Assembly: GCA_040904565.1 (NCBI GenBank)
Contig: JBBDTI010000018.1
Span: 1 to 50,901 of the forward strand
Length of the DNA: 50,901 nt
Source: Rhodothermales bacterium
Lineage (GTDB): Bacteria; Bacteroidota; Rhodothermia; Rhodothermales; VXPQ01
Reading direction: 5' to 3'
The notes under the pieces were generated by a model. That model ran no database searches. It was not told where the DNA came from and worked only from the letters and a program-made list of their open reading frames with translations. Position numbers and translations under genes: made by a program. Shown piece by piece: positions 37,343-47,399 of the stretch (position 1 is the stretch's first letter; each line of letters opens with the position of its first letter).

Positions 37343-39091
37343 ATGATTCTTCGTGATTCGTTGAGATCGATCGCATGTGCGTGCCTGATCGTCGCCTGCG
37401 CGATTCCAACGTCCCGACAGGGCCACGCACAGGATTTTCGCGAACAAGATACACAGTCCTTTCGGAGCTTGAGCGGATTCGACCTGAATCCGCTTCAGGA
37501 CATGACGGGCCTGTCGAGGATGAACGACCTCATAACGATGGAAGGTGCGGTCGATGCGGAGGAGTACATCGTCGGACCGGGTGACAGGTTCGACGTTTCG
37601 GTCGGCGGCCCCCAACCCATCATCACGATGATATCCGTTTCCGCCGATGGCCACCTAATGCTTCCAGAGGCCGGGGCCGTGGACGTCGCGGGGCGCTTAC
37701 TGGGAGAGGCGCGAGACCGCGCGCGTACGGCCCTGCAGCGTGAGTTTGAAAACGTCCGCGTCGAAGTTACCCTGTCGCAACCGCGCCAGTTCTACGTGCA
37801 CATTTCAGGAGCCGTGCCCGCTCCGGGGCGATATGTCGCGACGCCCGTCGCGCGCATCTCGACGGTCCTTTCGCTGGCGTACCTGGACTCGACGAAAACA
37901 CCCCTCGCCAACCGAGATCGTCGGCCGGCGCTTCGGAATATCCATCTCATCCATCAGGACGGATCGAACGAACGCATCGACCTGCTAAAATACTACTCTA
38001 CCGGGAAGACGGACCATAACCCCTATTTGCGTGACGGTGACGTCATCTCGGTGCCCTCGTACAACCCCGATTACGATGCCGTCTTCGTCAGCGGGGAAGT
38101 ACCCTTTCCGGGCACCTACGATCATCGCCCGGACGATACCGTCTACGACCTGCTCGTCCTGGCCACGGGTGAGGACCCGCCGAGCGGCTTTTCGCAGGTG
38201 CGCCTATTGCGAACGAACGACGACGGCCAAACAACCGCTGAAATCTATGACGTCAAGTCGCTCGATCGCTCGATCAAGCTCGAACCGCGCGACCAGGTTC
38301 ACGCCCTGCACGACCCGACCGTACGCGGGTCGGCGGCTATTGAGGGGCGGGTGTACTACCCCGGTACGTATTCGGTCGTACCGGGCAGAACGACGCTGAC
38401 GTCGCTGCTTGAGATGGCGGGTGGACTTCGGCCGGACGCACTGGCGAGGGGAGCGACCCTCCAGCGGGCGACGCTGCCCCCACCGGTGCCCCAGACCGAG
38501 CGCAGGAATCAGTTTGAACCTATGCTGCCGAATTTCGAGATGTTTCGTGCCGACTCCCTGGCGATGCTTCAGAGTACGAGGCTCGCCGAAATGGACTACA
38601 TTAGCCGGGCCTACCTCCGGCACGAACTCGTCCTCCAGAACCGCCTGCCGATCAATCTGGCAGACCTGGATGCCTCGAATCCGATCTATATCCAGGATGG
38701 CGACAGGGTCTTCGTGCCGCGTGACGAAGAGAGCGTCTTCGTACTGGGTCAGGTCAACCGGCCCGGGTACGTCCCGCATGAGCCCGGGGCGGGCCTCGAC
38801 TATTACGTGGAAGCGTCGGGCGGACTCGGCGACAATGCGGGGCGAACGTACGTGATCGAGGCGGGAACGGGCCGGTATCTGACGGCAGCCGAAGCGCAGA
38901 TTCAATCCGGCGACAGGGTCTTCGTCGACCGCCTCATACCGCGGGCCGATTCCGATCGCCTCCAGCAGCTGCTCATGGCGGACCGGAGGGCCGACCTGGA
39001 CGAACGCTCGCGCACGGTCCAGAACATCGTGTCGACCGTCGGAGCTATGACGGCCGTCATCACGACGTATCTCTTGATCCGACGAAACTAG
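37343..39091 (+). CDS. polysaccharide export protein with multiple SLBB domains (OPX/Wza-KpsD-like)
   Basis: Signal peptide; Y.VGPGD, V..DG...LP..G.V..AG; repeated V.G.V..PG.Y and L..GD.I.VP SLBB units; C-terminal hydrophobic helix. Confidence 0.9.
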   Translation: MILRDSLRSIACACLIVACAIPTSRQGHAQDFREQDTQSFRSLSGFDLNPLQDMTGLSRMNDLITMEGAVDAEEYIVGPGDRFDVSVGGPQPIITMISVSADGHLMLPEAGAVDVAGRLLGEARDRARTALQREFENVRVEVTLSQPRQFYVHISGAVPAPGRYVATPVARISTVLSLAYLDSTKTPLANRDRRPALRNIHLIHQDGSNERIDLLKYYSTGKTDHNPYLRDGDVISVPSYNPDYDAVFVSGEVPFPGTYDHRPDDTVYDLLVLATGEDPPSGFSQVRLLRTNDDGQTTAEIYDVKSLDRSIKLEPRDQVHALHDPTVRGSAAIEGRVYYPGTYSVVPGRTTLTSLLEMAGGLRPDALARGATLQRATLPPPVPQTERRNQFEPMLPNFEMFRADSLAMLQSTRLAEMDYISRAYLRHELVLQNRLPINLADLDASNPIYIQDGDRVFVPRDEESVFVLGQVNRPGYVPHEPGAGLDYYVEASGGLGDNAGRTYVIEAGTGRYLTAAEAQIQSGDRVFVDRLIPRADSDRLQQLLMADRRADLDERSRTVQNIVSTVGAMTAVITTYLLIRRN

Positions 39092-39116
39092 CCGCTCCAG
39101 CCAGCAACAGGGACGC

Positions 39117-40340
39117 ATGCAGCCCAACGACGAGGATTTCAGTACATCGAGCGAGCGTTCCGAAGAGGCGCGCCGGCAGCAGGCCGAGGACTCCCTCTGG
39201 GTCGCCTTTCAGCGCATGTATCGCGGCCGGCGCACCATCATTGGCGTTACGGCCTTCGTGGCCGTCGCGTCCGTCGTGATCAGTTTGCTGCTGCCGAACT
39301 GGTATCGCTCCAGCGCGCGCGTGCTGATTCCGGACGCCCAGGGGCCCAACATTTCCTCCGCCCTCCTCGGCAACCTCCCGGCCGCCGCGTCCGCGCTACT
39401 CGGCGGTGGACCCGCGGGTGACTATACACGCTATCTGGCTATTCTGACGAGCCGAAACATGATGGTGGCCGCAGTGGACTCCTTCGACCTCATTTCCGTG
39501 TATGAAACGGGAAATGAAGAATTCCCGCTCGAGGAAGCCATCGAAAAGCTCGAGGACAACGTCGATTTCGAGATCGACATGGAATACGAGTTCCTGTCGA
39601 TCTCGGTGCTGGACAGGGATCCCGAGCGGGCTGCGGATATGGCCAATTTTTTCGTCCACCGCCTCAATGACATGAACGCCCGGCTATCGACCGAAAGCGC
39701 GTCTAATTACCGGCGCTCCGTAGAAAAAAGATATCTGGAAGCACGCGCCGCGATCGACTCCGTTCTCAACGCGGCCCAGCAGTTCCAGCGCGAATACGGC
39801 GTATACGATTTGCCCAGCCAGACCGAGGTCTTCTTCGAGCAGATAGGTATGCTGCGCCAGCGGGCCCTCGAGATAGAGATACAGCACGAGGCGCTGCGCG
39901 CCCAGTTCGGTCCGGATAACGCCCAGGTCCAGGCCATGCGCGAGGTCGCCGAAGCGGCGAACCGCAAGTACCAGGCCGCGCTGGACGGTCAGGAGCAGCT
40001 CCTGCCCGTGGCGCAGTCGGAGGTCCCCGACGTCGCCCGTCAGTATATGGAGCTCGAGCTGGAAGGAACCATCCAGCGAACCATCCTGGAAGTCATCGGG
40101 CCGATGTACGAACAGGCGCGGTTCCAGGAGGAGCGCCAAGCCCAGGCCGTGCAGGTCCTCGACGACGGCGTCGTGCCGTCACGCAAGGCGAAGCCGAAGC
40201 GCGCGATCATCTGCATTCTCGCCACGCTGTCGGCCTTGCTGCTGGCCGTTATTTTCGTTCTGGTGTATGAGTGGTGGCGGGCAAACCACGCTAGTATCCT
40301 CCGAAAGGTGCAGGGCGCATCCAACCTGCATTCGTCATAG
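39117..40340 (+). CDS. polysaccharide co-polymerase (Wzz/GumC-like chain-length regulator, no kinase domain)
   Basis: N-terminal TM + P..Y.S.A.V, D.DPERAA..AN, coiled coil, VLD...P..K.KPKR + C-terminal TM. Confidence 0.88.
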   Translation: MQPNDEDFSTSSERSEEARRQQAEDSLWVAFQRMYRGRRTIIGVTAFVAVASVVISLLLPNWYRSSARVLIPDAQGPNISSALLGNLPAAASALLGGGPAGDYTRYLAILTSRNMMVAAVDSFDLISVYETGNEEFPLEEAIEKLEDNVDFEIDMEYEFLSISVLDRDPERAADMANFFVHRLNDMNARLSTESASNYRRSVEKRYLEARAAIDSVLNAAQQFQREYGVYDLPSQTEVFFEQIGMLRQRALEIEIQHEALRAQFGPDNAQVQAMREVAEAANRKYQAALDGQEQLLPVAQSEVPDVARQYMELELEGTIQRTILEVIGPMYEQARFQEERQAQAVQVLDDGVVPSRKAKPKRAIICILATLSALLLAVIFVLVYEWWRANHASILRKVQGASNLHSS

Positions 40341-40380
40341 CCCACTTCGTAGCCAACGCGCTCCAGTATCGAGCCATCAC

Positions 40381-41190
40381 ATGCACACATTGATCAGGAG
40401 GCTCACGGATTCGGACGAAAAAACCGTGATCGGTAGACTGCTGCGTCTGCCGCTACGACTCATCCCGAAGCGGCGCGTGCTCACCATCAGGGGCGGCATC
40501 AACAAGGGTCGCCGCTGGATCGCCGGGTCGAGCCTGCACAGCTGCTGGCTTGGTACCTACGAACCGGACAAGCAGCACCTCGTCGCAGAGATCATCAGAC
40601 CCGGGATGGTCGTCTGGGACGTGGGAGCGAATGCCGGATTTTATACCGTGGCGTTTTCACACCTCGCAGGTGATAGCGGTGCCGTATACGCGTTTGAACC
40701 GTTTGCTGAGAACGCCGACAACATCCTGCGTCATATGCGGCTTAACCGTCTCCAGAATACGACTTTGGTGCAAGCGGCCGTGGGCGAGCATGACGGTTTG
40801 GTAGGCTTTCAGACGGCGGAGCTCAATGCGATGGGGCGAATTTCGCACGACGAGACGAACTATCTGGTCCCTTCCCTGACGGTCGACGCATTTATCCGGC
40901 AATATCCTACGTCTCGACCCGACGTGATGAAGATCGACGTCGAAGGAGCTGAGGAGGAGCTTCTGAAGGGAGCCCGTACGTTTCTGGCTGAGACGTCGCC
41001 GACGATCATACTTGCCCTCCACGGTGAAGAGCAGAGCCAACGCTGTTACGAGCTGCTTACATCGATTGGATACTCCGTATTCTATCTGAACGGCTCGGAG
41101 GCCACGGAATTGCCGCTGCGGAGCAACGAGGTGTACGCTCAAAGGAACGGAGCCGACAACACCATTAGAGCCGACTCCGGCGCAGCATGA
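40381..41190 (+). CDS. FkbM family SAM methyltransferase
   Basis: G.YE, DVGANAG.Y, V.AFEP, KIDVEGAE; start at ATG 40381. Confidence 0.92.
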   Translation: MHTLIRRLTDSDEKTVIGRLLRLPLRLIPKRRVLTIRGGINKGRRWIAGSSLHSCWLGTYEPDKQHLVAEIIRPGMVVWDVGANAGFYTVAFSHLAGDSGAVYAFEPFAENADNILRHMRLNRLQNTTLVQAAVGEHDGLVGFQTAELNAMGRISHDETNYLVPSLTVDAFIRQYPTSRPDVMKIDVEGAEEELLKGARTFLAETSPTIILALHGEEQSQRCYELLTSIGYSVFYLNGSEATELPLRSNEVYAQRNGADNTIRADSGAA

Positions 41191-42644
41191 TGACGGATCT
41201 ACCGGCCGCACTGCGTCGCCTTGAGCCCGAACAGCTCTGGAAACGCTCCCACATCGTCCTCGCCGGCGTCCTGGGACTGGGCATCGCAGTCGTTCTGGCG
41301 GGCGCCGTTCTGTCCGTGACGGCACAGCTCATTATCGCCGCGCTACTCGTCGGCATATTTGCAGTCACCGTGATCGCGCGGAACGAGGTGGCTCTCCTCT
41401 GTACCGTCGTCCTCGGTTTCGTCGCGCTCGTCCGATACGAAGAGGGGTTCCAGGTTGAGGAGGTACTCTACGGCCTCGTCTATCTGAGCTATCTCGGCTA
41501 CTGGTACGTGAGCCGCCTGTTCGTCTATCGCGACAACATTCTAAAAACGAAGACGGACTGGGCGCTCTTGCTCTTCCTCGTATACATAACCCTATCTCTG
41601 GTCCTGACGCCGCTTCAGGACGGAGATCTGACGATGGCCGCGAGCGAGTGGATATCGCTTTCGATGCTCGCCTTCTATTTTCCCATCAAGGAGATCTGCA
41701 TCAGGCGTCGCGACCGGATTCCTCAGAAGCCCATACTCCTTAGTCTCGGGGCGATCGGCATGTTCATCGCCGTCCGAAACGTCCTCGACTACCGGCGGGG
41801 GCTTTCGGAAGCCGACTACCTATGGCAGATCGCCATGGGACGCGTCGTAATGAACGAGCACGTGCTGCTCATGGCGGGTCTCGTCACGCTCGTCTTCCTC
41901 GTCTACGCCCGGCGCAAGCTTTCCCGCATCTCCCTTCTATTCCTGTTCGTCGTCTTTTCAACAGGTGTCGTGATCGGGCAGAGTCGCGCCGTTTGGATCT
42001 CTTTTGCACTCGGCATGGCCGTCATCTTCGTGCTCGTAGAAAGAAAGCAGCGGCTTCAGGTTACGACCATCGCCATCCTCGGGCTTGCCTCAATTTTAAT
42101 CGCCGGATTCCTCTTTTTCGACAATTTTTTCACCGTTGTCCTGGCCGGCCTGGTGGATCGTCTTTTCTCTCTGGGCGACGCTGCGACGCAAGATCTCTCG
42201 CTCGTCAACCGATTTGTGGAAATGGGTGCAGCTTGGGAGCACATCCGGCAGAATCCCGTGGTAGGGTACGGACTCGGCGTACCCTACAGCTATTATAGCC
42301 TGGTCTACGAGGCTAACAGAGTGTCTACCTACGTACACAACGCCTATTTCGGCGTCCTCTATCGGCACGGCCTTATCGGATTCGGGCTCATCTTCTTTTT
42401 CTACGTAGGGACGATATGGACCGCTTTCCGCACGTCGAAAAAGGCATCATCAGGGAGTCTAGACATGATGATCGCCACCGCGGCCGTGGCCTTTCTGATT
42501 GCCGAGGCCCTGGCGGCCAACGCCGCGAATCCGTTTGCAACTGCTGACACGACGTTTATCATCGCGGCCATTTCCGGCCTCGCGGCGGCATCGCATCAGC
42601 ACGTCTCACGCTCGGCCCATCCCCATCGCCCCATTGAAGACTAG
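41187..42644 (+). CDS. O-antigen ligase / Wzy polymerase family membrane protein
   Basis: Many TM helices; QSRA, S..NR......W......P..G.G.G and HN.Y motifs of Wzy_C. Confidence 0.88.
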   Translation: MMTDLPAALRRLEPEQLWKRSHIVLAGVLGLGIAVVLAGAVLSVTAQLIIAALLVGIFAVTVIARNEVALLCTVVLGFVALVRYEEGFQVEEVLYGLVYLSYLGYWYVSRLFVYRDNILKTKTDWALLLFLVYITLSLVLTPLQDGDLTMAASEWISLSMLAFYFPIKEICIRRRDRIPQKPILLSLGAIGMFIAVRNVLDYRRGLSEADYLWQIAMGRVVMNEHVLLMAGLVTLVFLVYARRKLSRISLLFLFVVFSTGVVIGQSRAVWISFALGMAVIFVLVERKQRLQVTTIAILGLASILIAGFLFFDNFFTVVLAGLVDRLFSLGDAATQDLSLVNRFVEMGAAWEHIRQNPVVGYGLGVPYSYYSLVYEANRVSTYVHNAYFGVLYRHGLIGFGLIFFFYVGTIWTAFRTSKKASSGSLDMMIATAAVAFLIAEALAANAANPFATADTTFIIAAISGLAAASHQHVSRSAHPHRPIED

Positions 42645-42663
42645 AGAGGCGACCGGCAAGACG

Positions 42664-43914
42664 ATGCCCAGTATGCTCCGCAACATCTCGTGGCTCGGCG
42701 TCGCCAACGGGCTGGTGAAGCCGGTCTGGTTCATCTTTATCACCGCCGTATGTATGCGCCTTCTCGGTGTGCGTGAATACGGGGTGATGGCAGCGGCGAT
42801 GTCTCTCGGAATGATCGCTGCCGCGTTCATCGATCTCGGGATGACGCAGTATACGATTCGGGAGGTATCCCGCGAACCGTCGCGCGCCTCTCGTTTCTTC
42901 TCCAATTTCCTCGCCCTTCGACTCGCTAATGCGTCCGCAGCCTGGGCCGCGGCGATCTGCGCCGGCCTGCTTCTCGGCTACGAAGGACTTTCGTTAGTCG
43001 CCGTCGTATTCGCGGGCGCCTATGCGCTCGCACTCAATTTGACCAACTACTGCCGGAGCATCTACCGGGCCTTCGAGGATCTGCGCCAGGAAGCGGTCAT
43101 GCTCATCCTGGAAAAGTTTTTAGTCGTAGCCCTCGGACTCGTACTGCTTATTACGACGCGCCTGGCTGCATGGACGCTGGCCGGCATGGCGGTCGGCATG
43201 GTGCTGGCCACTGGGGCAAATGCGTGGTGGATCGATCGACGGTTCGCGACCCTCAGCGCTCGATTACTCAGCTGGAAGTTCTTGCGAGAATCTCTCGTCG
43301 TCATGGTGCCGTTCGGCCTCGCCGGCGTGTTCACCGTAGTCTATTACCGCGTGGATATGGTCATGATCGAAGCGTTCCTCGGCGAGGCGCCTACCGGTCA
43401 GTACGGAGCGGCCTTCCGAATACTGGAGGGACTAAACGTCCTTCCAGCCATCGTCTCTCTAGCCGCCGTATATCCGCGTCTGGCAAAACTCCACCACGCA
43501 GCGTCCTTTGGACGGTTCAACTCGTTGCTTTCAAGGAGCCTGCTCGGTACCGTCGCAGTGAGCCTGCTCGTGACGGTTGGTCTTTTCTATCTTGCTTCCC
43601 CGATCATTCGGCTTCTGGATCCGGATCCGGCGTACGGTCCGGCCGCGGACGCGCTGCGAATCCTGGTATGGAGCTTTCCGTTTCTGTGCGCCAATATGCT
43701 GCTTTATGCGGCCTTGATATCCATGGAAGCGCAGCGATTTGTTTCGGCTGCCCTCGGCACGGCGGTCGTGGTAAACGTTGGATTGAATTTCTATCTGATC
43801 CCCGCCTATGGTATCATGGGCGCAGCCGTCGCCACCATCATTCCGGAAGTCGTGCTTCTCGGCGTTTACGGCTGTCGCTACCTAATCGGACGACGCCGCT
43901 GGTCGAATCAGTAA
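42664..43914 (+). CDS. Wzx flippase (MOP superfamily)
   Basis: RLLG..EYG, DLG......RE, RVD.VMI, G.Y.AA.RI, LIP.YG..GAA.AT; start at ATG 42664. Confidence 0.9.
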   Translation: MPSMLRNISWLGVANGLVKPVWFIFITAVCMRLLGVREYGVMAAAMSLGMIAAAFIDLGMTQYTIREVSREPSRASRFFSNFLALRLANASAAWAAAICAGLLLGYEGLSLVAVVFAGAYALALNLTNYCRSIYRAFEDLRQEAVMLILEKFLVVALGLVLLITTRLAAWTLAGMAVGMVLATGANAWWIDRRFATLSARLLSWKFLRESLVVMVPFGLAGVFTVVYYRVDMVMIEAFLGEAPTGQYGAAFRILEGLNVLPAIVSLAAVYPRLAKLHHAASFGRFNSLLSRSLLGTVAVSLLVTVGLFYLASPIIRLLDPDPAYGPAADALRILVWSFPFLCANMLLYAALISMEAQRFVSAALGTAVVVNVGLNFYLIPAYGIMGAAVATIIPEVVLLGVYGCRYLIGRRRWSNQ

Positions 43915-43922
43915 TTCACGGA

Positions 43923-44723
43923 ATGCCTCAACACGTCGCCGTCTTTTCGCACCGCCGATCGGGCACGCATCTTACGATAGATGCCATCCGAAACAACTTT
44001 GGGGCCTACGCGGCAGCGTACGTCAACCTCGACGAACTGGACGAGGTAGACGGGCCGTCGCTCCGCGATCTCAACGACCCATCGCATGTCTCTCATGTGC
44101 TGAAAAGTCATTGTCCAGCGAACGTCGAAGCGTGTTTCGCAGGCCGAAGCGACCTGACGTCGGTGAAGAAGCTCGTCAACGACGCGAAAACGATATACGT
44201 TTACCGAGACGGACGTGACGTTGTAACATCTCTATTTCACTATGTGCGAAGCGTCAGGCCGGAACTCGCATCGATGTCGTTCAGCACATTCCTGCATACG
44301 ACGGATCCCCTCGATATCCGCCCGGCGAATCACTCGATGACCGTTGTAGAGTACTGGAAACACCACGTTTCAGGATGGCTTCGGCGATCCGACGTACTGC
44401 CGATTTCATTCGAGTTCGTGATTCGAGATTTCGACGCCGAGATATCTCGATTAAGCACCTACCTCGGCCGGCCGCTGCCGGAGACATCGGTAAACGTCGT
44501 TCGATCCTCAGACAGACCGACCGAACCCAACAGTCTATGGTCTCGGAGCAGTGAAAAGCTCTACAAGATGTATAAGCGGATCGTCTCCGGGGTTGATCTT
44601 ACCTCCGTGAATTTCAGGCAGGGCCGCATCGGCACGTATGAGGACGTGTTCTCCGGTGACGATCTCGCCTATTTCTACGACGTTGCCGGGGACCTGCTGC
44701 ATCGCCTGGGATATGACACATAA
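43923..44723 (+). CDS. PAPS-dependent sulfotransferase
   Basis: 5'-PSB loop SHRRSGTH, KSH, 3'-PB motif YVYRDGRDVVTS.FHY, C-terminal FRQG..G; start at ATG 43923 (the ORF-track extension is spurious). Confidence 0.88.
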   Translation: MPQHVAVFSHRRSGTHLTIDAIRNNFGAYAAAYVNLDELDEVDGPSLRDLNDPSHVSHVLKSHCPANVEACFAGRSDLTSVKKLVNDAKTIYVYRDGRDVVTSLFHYVRSVRPELASMSFSTFLHTTDPLDIRPANHSMTVVEYWKHHVSGWLRRSDVLPISFEFVIRDFDAEISRLSTYLGRPLPETSVNVVRSSDRPTEPNSLWSRSSEKLYKMYKRIVSGVDLTSVNFRQGRIGTYEDVFSGDDLAYFYDVAGDLLHRLGYDT

Positions 44724-44783
44724 CTTCGGAACCGCCTCGATTCCCCACCTGACAAGCTGACGAACATCCAGAAGATCTACGCC

Positions 44784-45908
44784 TTGAACGTCCACGTCAT
44801 CGGGAGATTCCCGCCGCCCAGCGACGGACAGACGCTCGCCACGCAGCGCATGTCGGAGCTCGTTGCGAGGCATCACCACATAAACCGTATCAGCACGGAG
44901 CCGCCGCCATCGGAATATGTCGAGAATGAGGTGACCTTTAGATGGCGTCGCGTGCGCCATTACCTCGGCATGCGCAACACCATCCGGACGAAGCTGTCGA
45001 CATCTCCGTCCGCACCCGTCTTATGGGCCTCCATTTCGCCGGCGCTGCTCGGACACGTTCGTGACATCGTCACCGTTGCGAGTGCGTTTGTCTCGAATCA
45101 ACCCGTCGCAGGCATAATTCATCGCACGGGGTACGACCGGCTGTTCCGATCGTCGTTCACCAGACCGAGCGCGCGCTGGCTTGCCCGCCGACTTTCCGCC
45201 TTCGTGTTCCTAAATGAACGGCAATCCGCCGCCTGCGCGTCGTGGATCCCTGAACCCAAGCGTTTCGTGATTCCGAACACCGTCGATAGGCACCTCCTGT
45301 TCGATCCGTCGGAGATCGCCTCCAAGCGCAGCGATCGCCGCGCGAAGAGCGAGCTTCGCCTGCTGTTTCTTAGCAACATGATCCCGCTCAAGGGCTATAT
45401 CGACGTGCTGAAGGCGGCAGCGGTACTCCGCATGAGGAACGTCCGCTTTCAGGTTGACTTTGTGGGTCGATGGGGATCTGACGACGACCGACGCACTTTC
45501 GAACGTCAAGTCGATGCGCTCCAACTCCGCCAATCGGTGCACTACCACGGCGGCGTAGAGGATCGCGCCGCCGTGCGAACGTTTTTCGTGCACGCGGACG
45601 TCTTCGTCCTGCCTACGTATCATCCGACCGAAGCGCAGCCGGTGGCCCTTATCGAGGCGATGAGTGCAGGGGTGCCCATCATCACAACGCGGCAGGGTGG
45701 TATTCCGTCGATGTTGTCGGACCCTGAAGCGTTTTTCGTATCATCGAGGAGCCCTGCAGAGATTGCCGATGCCGTCGAACAGCTTGTCGACGCTGACACA
45801 TGGACTACTTTTTCGCGGAGCTCCCGAGAAGCCTTCGAACGGACCTTCAGTCCCGACATTGTGGAGAAGCAGTGGAATGCCCTAGTCGAACGAATGGCCT
45901 CTAGGTGA
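44784..45908 (+). CDS. GT4 family glycosyltransferase
   Basis: FPPP..G, IPN.V, FLSN....KG, DVFVLPT...EAQPVALIEAM..G.P; TTG start. Confidence 0.9.
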   Translation: MNVHVIGRFPPPSDGQTLATQRMSELVARHHHINRISTEPPPSEYVENEVTFRWRRVRHYLGMRNTIRTKLSTSPSAPVLWASISPALLGHVRDIVTVASAFVSNQPVAGIIHRTGYDRLFRSSFTRPSARWLARRLSAFVFLNERQSAACASWIPEPKRFVIPNTVDRHLLFDPSEIASKRSDRRAKSELRLLFLSNMIPLKGYIDVLKAAAVLRMRNVRFQVDFVGRWGSDDDRRTFERQVDALQLRQSVHYHGGVEDRAAVRTFFVHADVFVLPTYHPTEAQPVALIEAMSAGVPIITTRQGGIPSMLSDPEAFFVSSRSPAEIADAVEQLVDADTWTTFSRSSREAFERTFSPDIVEKQWNALVERMASR

Positions 45909-46071
45909 CAGCTGTGACACTGAATTCCCGCGTCCGAGCGGCGGAGAACCCGCCAGAGAGAATCAGTGTATTTTTTAAGGAGCCGGTCGATCTTTCTTCC
46001 TATCGTTTCATGTCCTCCATCACGCGTGAGGACATTCGACTGCTAACGAAATTCGATGTATTAACGCTTTT

Positions 46072-47391
46072 ATGCGCATTCTCATTTGGGGTCTAGGGTA
46101 CGTCGGCACGGTGTCAGCGGCTTGCCTGGCGAAAATGGGCCATGACGTTACCGGCGTCGAACCGAACACGACCAAGGTAGAGGCCATCAATGCCGGACGG
46201 ACGCCCGTAAACGAGCCGGGGCTTCAGGAGATTGTGGCGGAGACCGTAGCTACCGGTCGACTCCGAGCCACGACGGAAGGCAGCGGGCTCGTTCCATCAC
46301 ATGATGTGTCGCTTATTTGCGTCGGCACGCCGAGCGCGGCGGATGGCAGCCCGGTGCTTTCCTATGTGGAAAACGTTGCGGAGGAGATTGGAAGGGGCCT
46401 GGCCGATTCGGAAAGATACCACGTAGTCACGCTGCGCAGCACGGTGTTCCCTGGGACGACGCGTCGGGTCCTCCTTCCGCCGATCGAACGTTTCTCCGGT
46501 CGGAACGCCGGCGAACATTTCGGCATCGTGATGAATCCCGAATTCCTACGGGAGGCGAGCGCCGTGGATGATTTTGCGACGCCGCCATACACCGTCATTG
46601 GAGAGCTGGATGCAAAATCCGGAGATGTCCTCGCGTCCCTCTACGAAGAGCTCAACGCTCCAATCCATCGCGTCGAAATCGAAGAGGCGGAAATCCTGAA
46701 GCTGACCAACAATGCATTTCATGCTCTAAAGATCGGCTTCGCGAATGAGATTGGACGCCTCTGCGACGCGTTCGGCATCGATAGCCACGCCGTCATGGAC
46801 CTCGTCTGTGCTGATGAGAAGCTAAATATCTCCCCTGCATATCTCCGCCCGGGCTTTGCTTTCGGCGGGTCGTGTCTCCCCAAGGACCTGCGTTCGATAT
46901 CCCATCACGCACAGCGCGAGGGTGTGTCCCTGCCGATCCTGGATAACGTACTGGTCAGCAATCGCGAGCAGATCGAGGCGGCGCGCCGGAAGGTCCATGA
47001 CGTCGGCGCGAAACGTGTCGGCGTCCTCGGGCTTAGTTTTAAGGCCGGAACCGACGATCTGCGGGAGAGCCCGGTTATTGCGCTCATCCAGAGCTTATGG
47101 CGGGACGGCGTCGATGTCCGCGTCTATGATCCCGACGTCGACCCTGATCGCATGCTGGGGAGCAATCGCGACTATCTGGAACGCCAGCTTCCTCAAATCG
47201 ACCGCATCCTCAGCGACAGCCTCGACGATGTCCTGGCCGGCCCTGAAGCGATCGTCGTTACGCAGAACCGGGACGAGTTCCTGCAAGCAATCAGAGCTTC
47301 GACCAGCGACGCGGTAGTAATCGACCTCGTTCGCCTGACGCCTGCACGCGTTCCGGAGCAAGTGGAGCACTACAACGGAATTTCGTGGTAA
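46072..47391 (+). CDS. UDP-glucose/GDP-mannose 6-dehydrogenase (AlgD-like)
   Basis: GLGYVG, CVGTP, RSTV.PG, NPEFLRE, PGFAFGGSCLPKD catalytic Cys, GLSFKAGTDDLRESP. Confidence 0.93.
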   Translation: MRILIWGLGYVGTVSAACLAKMGHDVTGVEPNTTKVEAINAGRTPVNEPGLQEIVAETVATGRLRATTEGSGLVPSHDVSLICVGTPSAADGSPVLSYVENVAEEIGRGLADSERYHVVTLRSTVFPGTTRRVLLPPIERFSGRNAGEHFGIVMNPEFLREASAVDDFATPPYTVIGELDAKSGDVLASLYEELNAPIHRVEIEEAEILKLTNNAFHALKIGFANEIGRLCDAFGIDSHAVMDLVCADEKLNISPAYLRPGFAFGGSCLPKDLRSISHHAQREGVSLPILDNVLVSNREQIEAARRKVHDVGAKRVGVLGLSFKAGTDDLRESPVIALIQSLWRDGVDVRVYDPDVDPDRMLGSNRDYLERQLPQIDRILSDSLDDVLAGPEAIVVTQNRDEFLQAIRASTSDAVVIDLVRLTPARVPEQVEHYNGISW

Positions 47392-47399
47392 AGGGCCCT

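Noticed and set aside
43170-43922. 517-aa ORF suggesting a large sulfotransferase fusion
   Set aside because: The first ~250 aa are an off-frame, Arg/Gly/Ser-rich reading of wzx; the real protein starts at ATG 43923.
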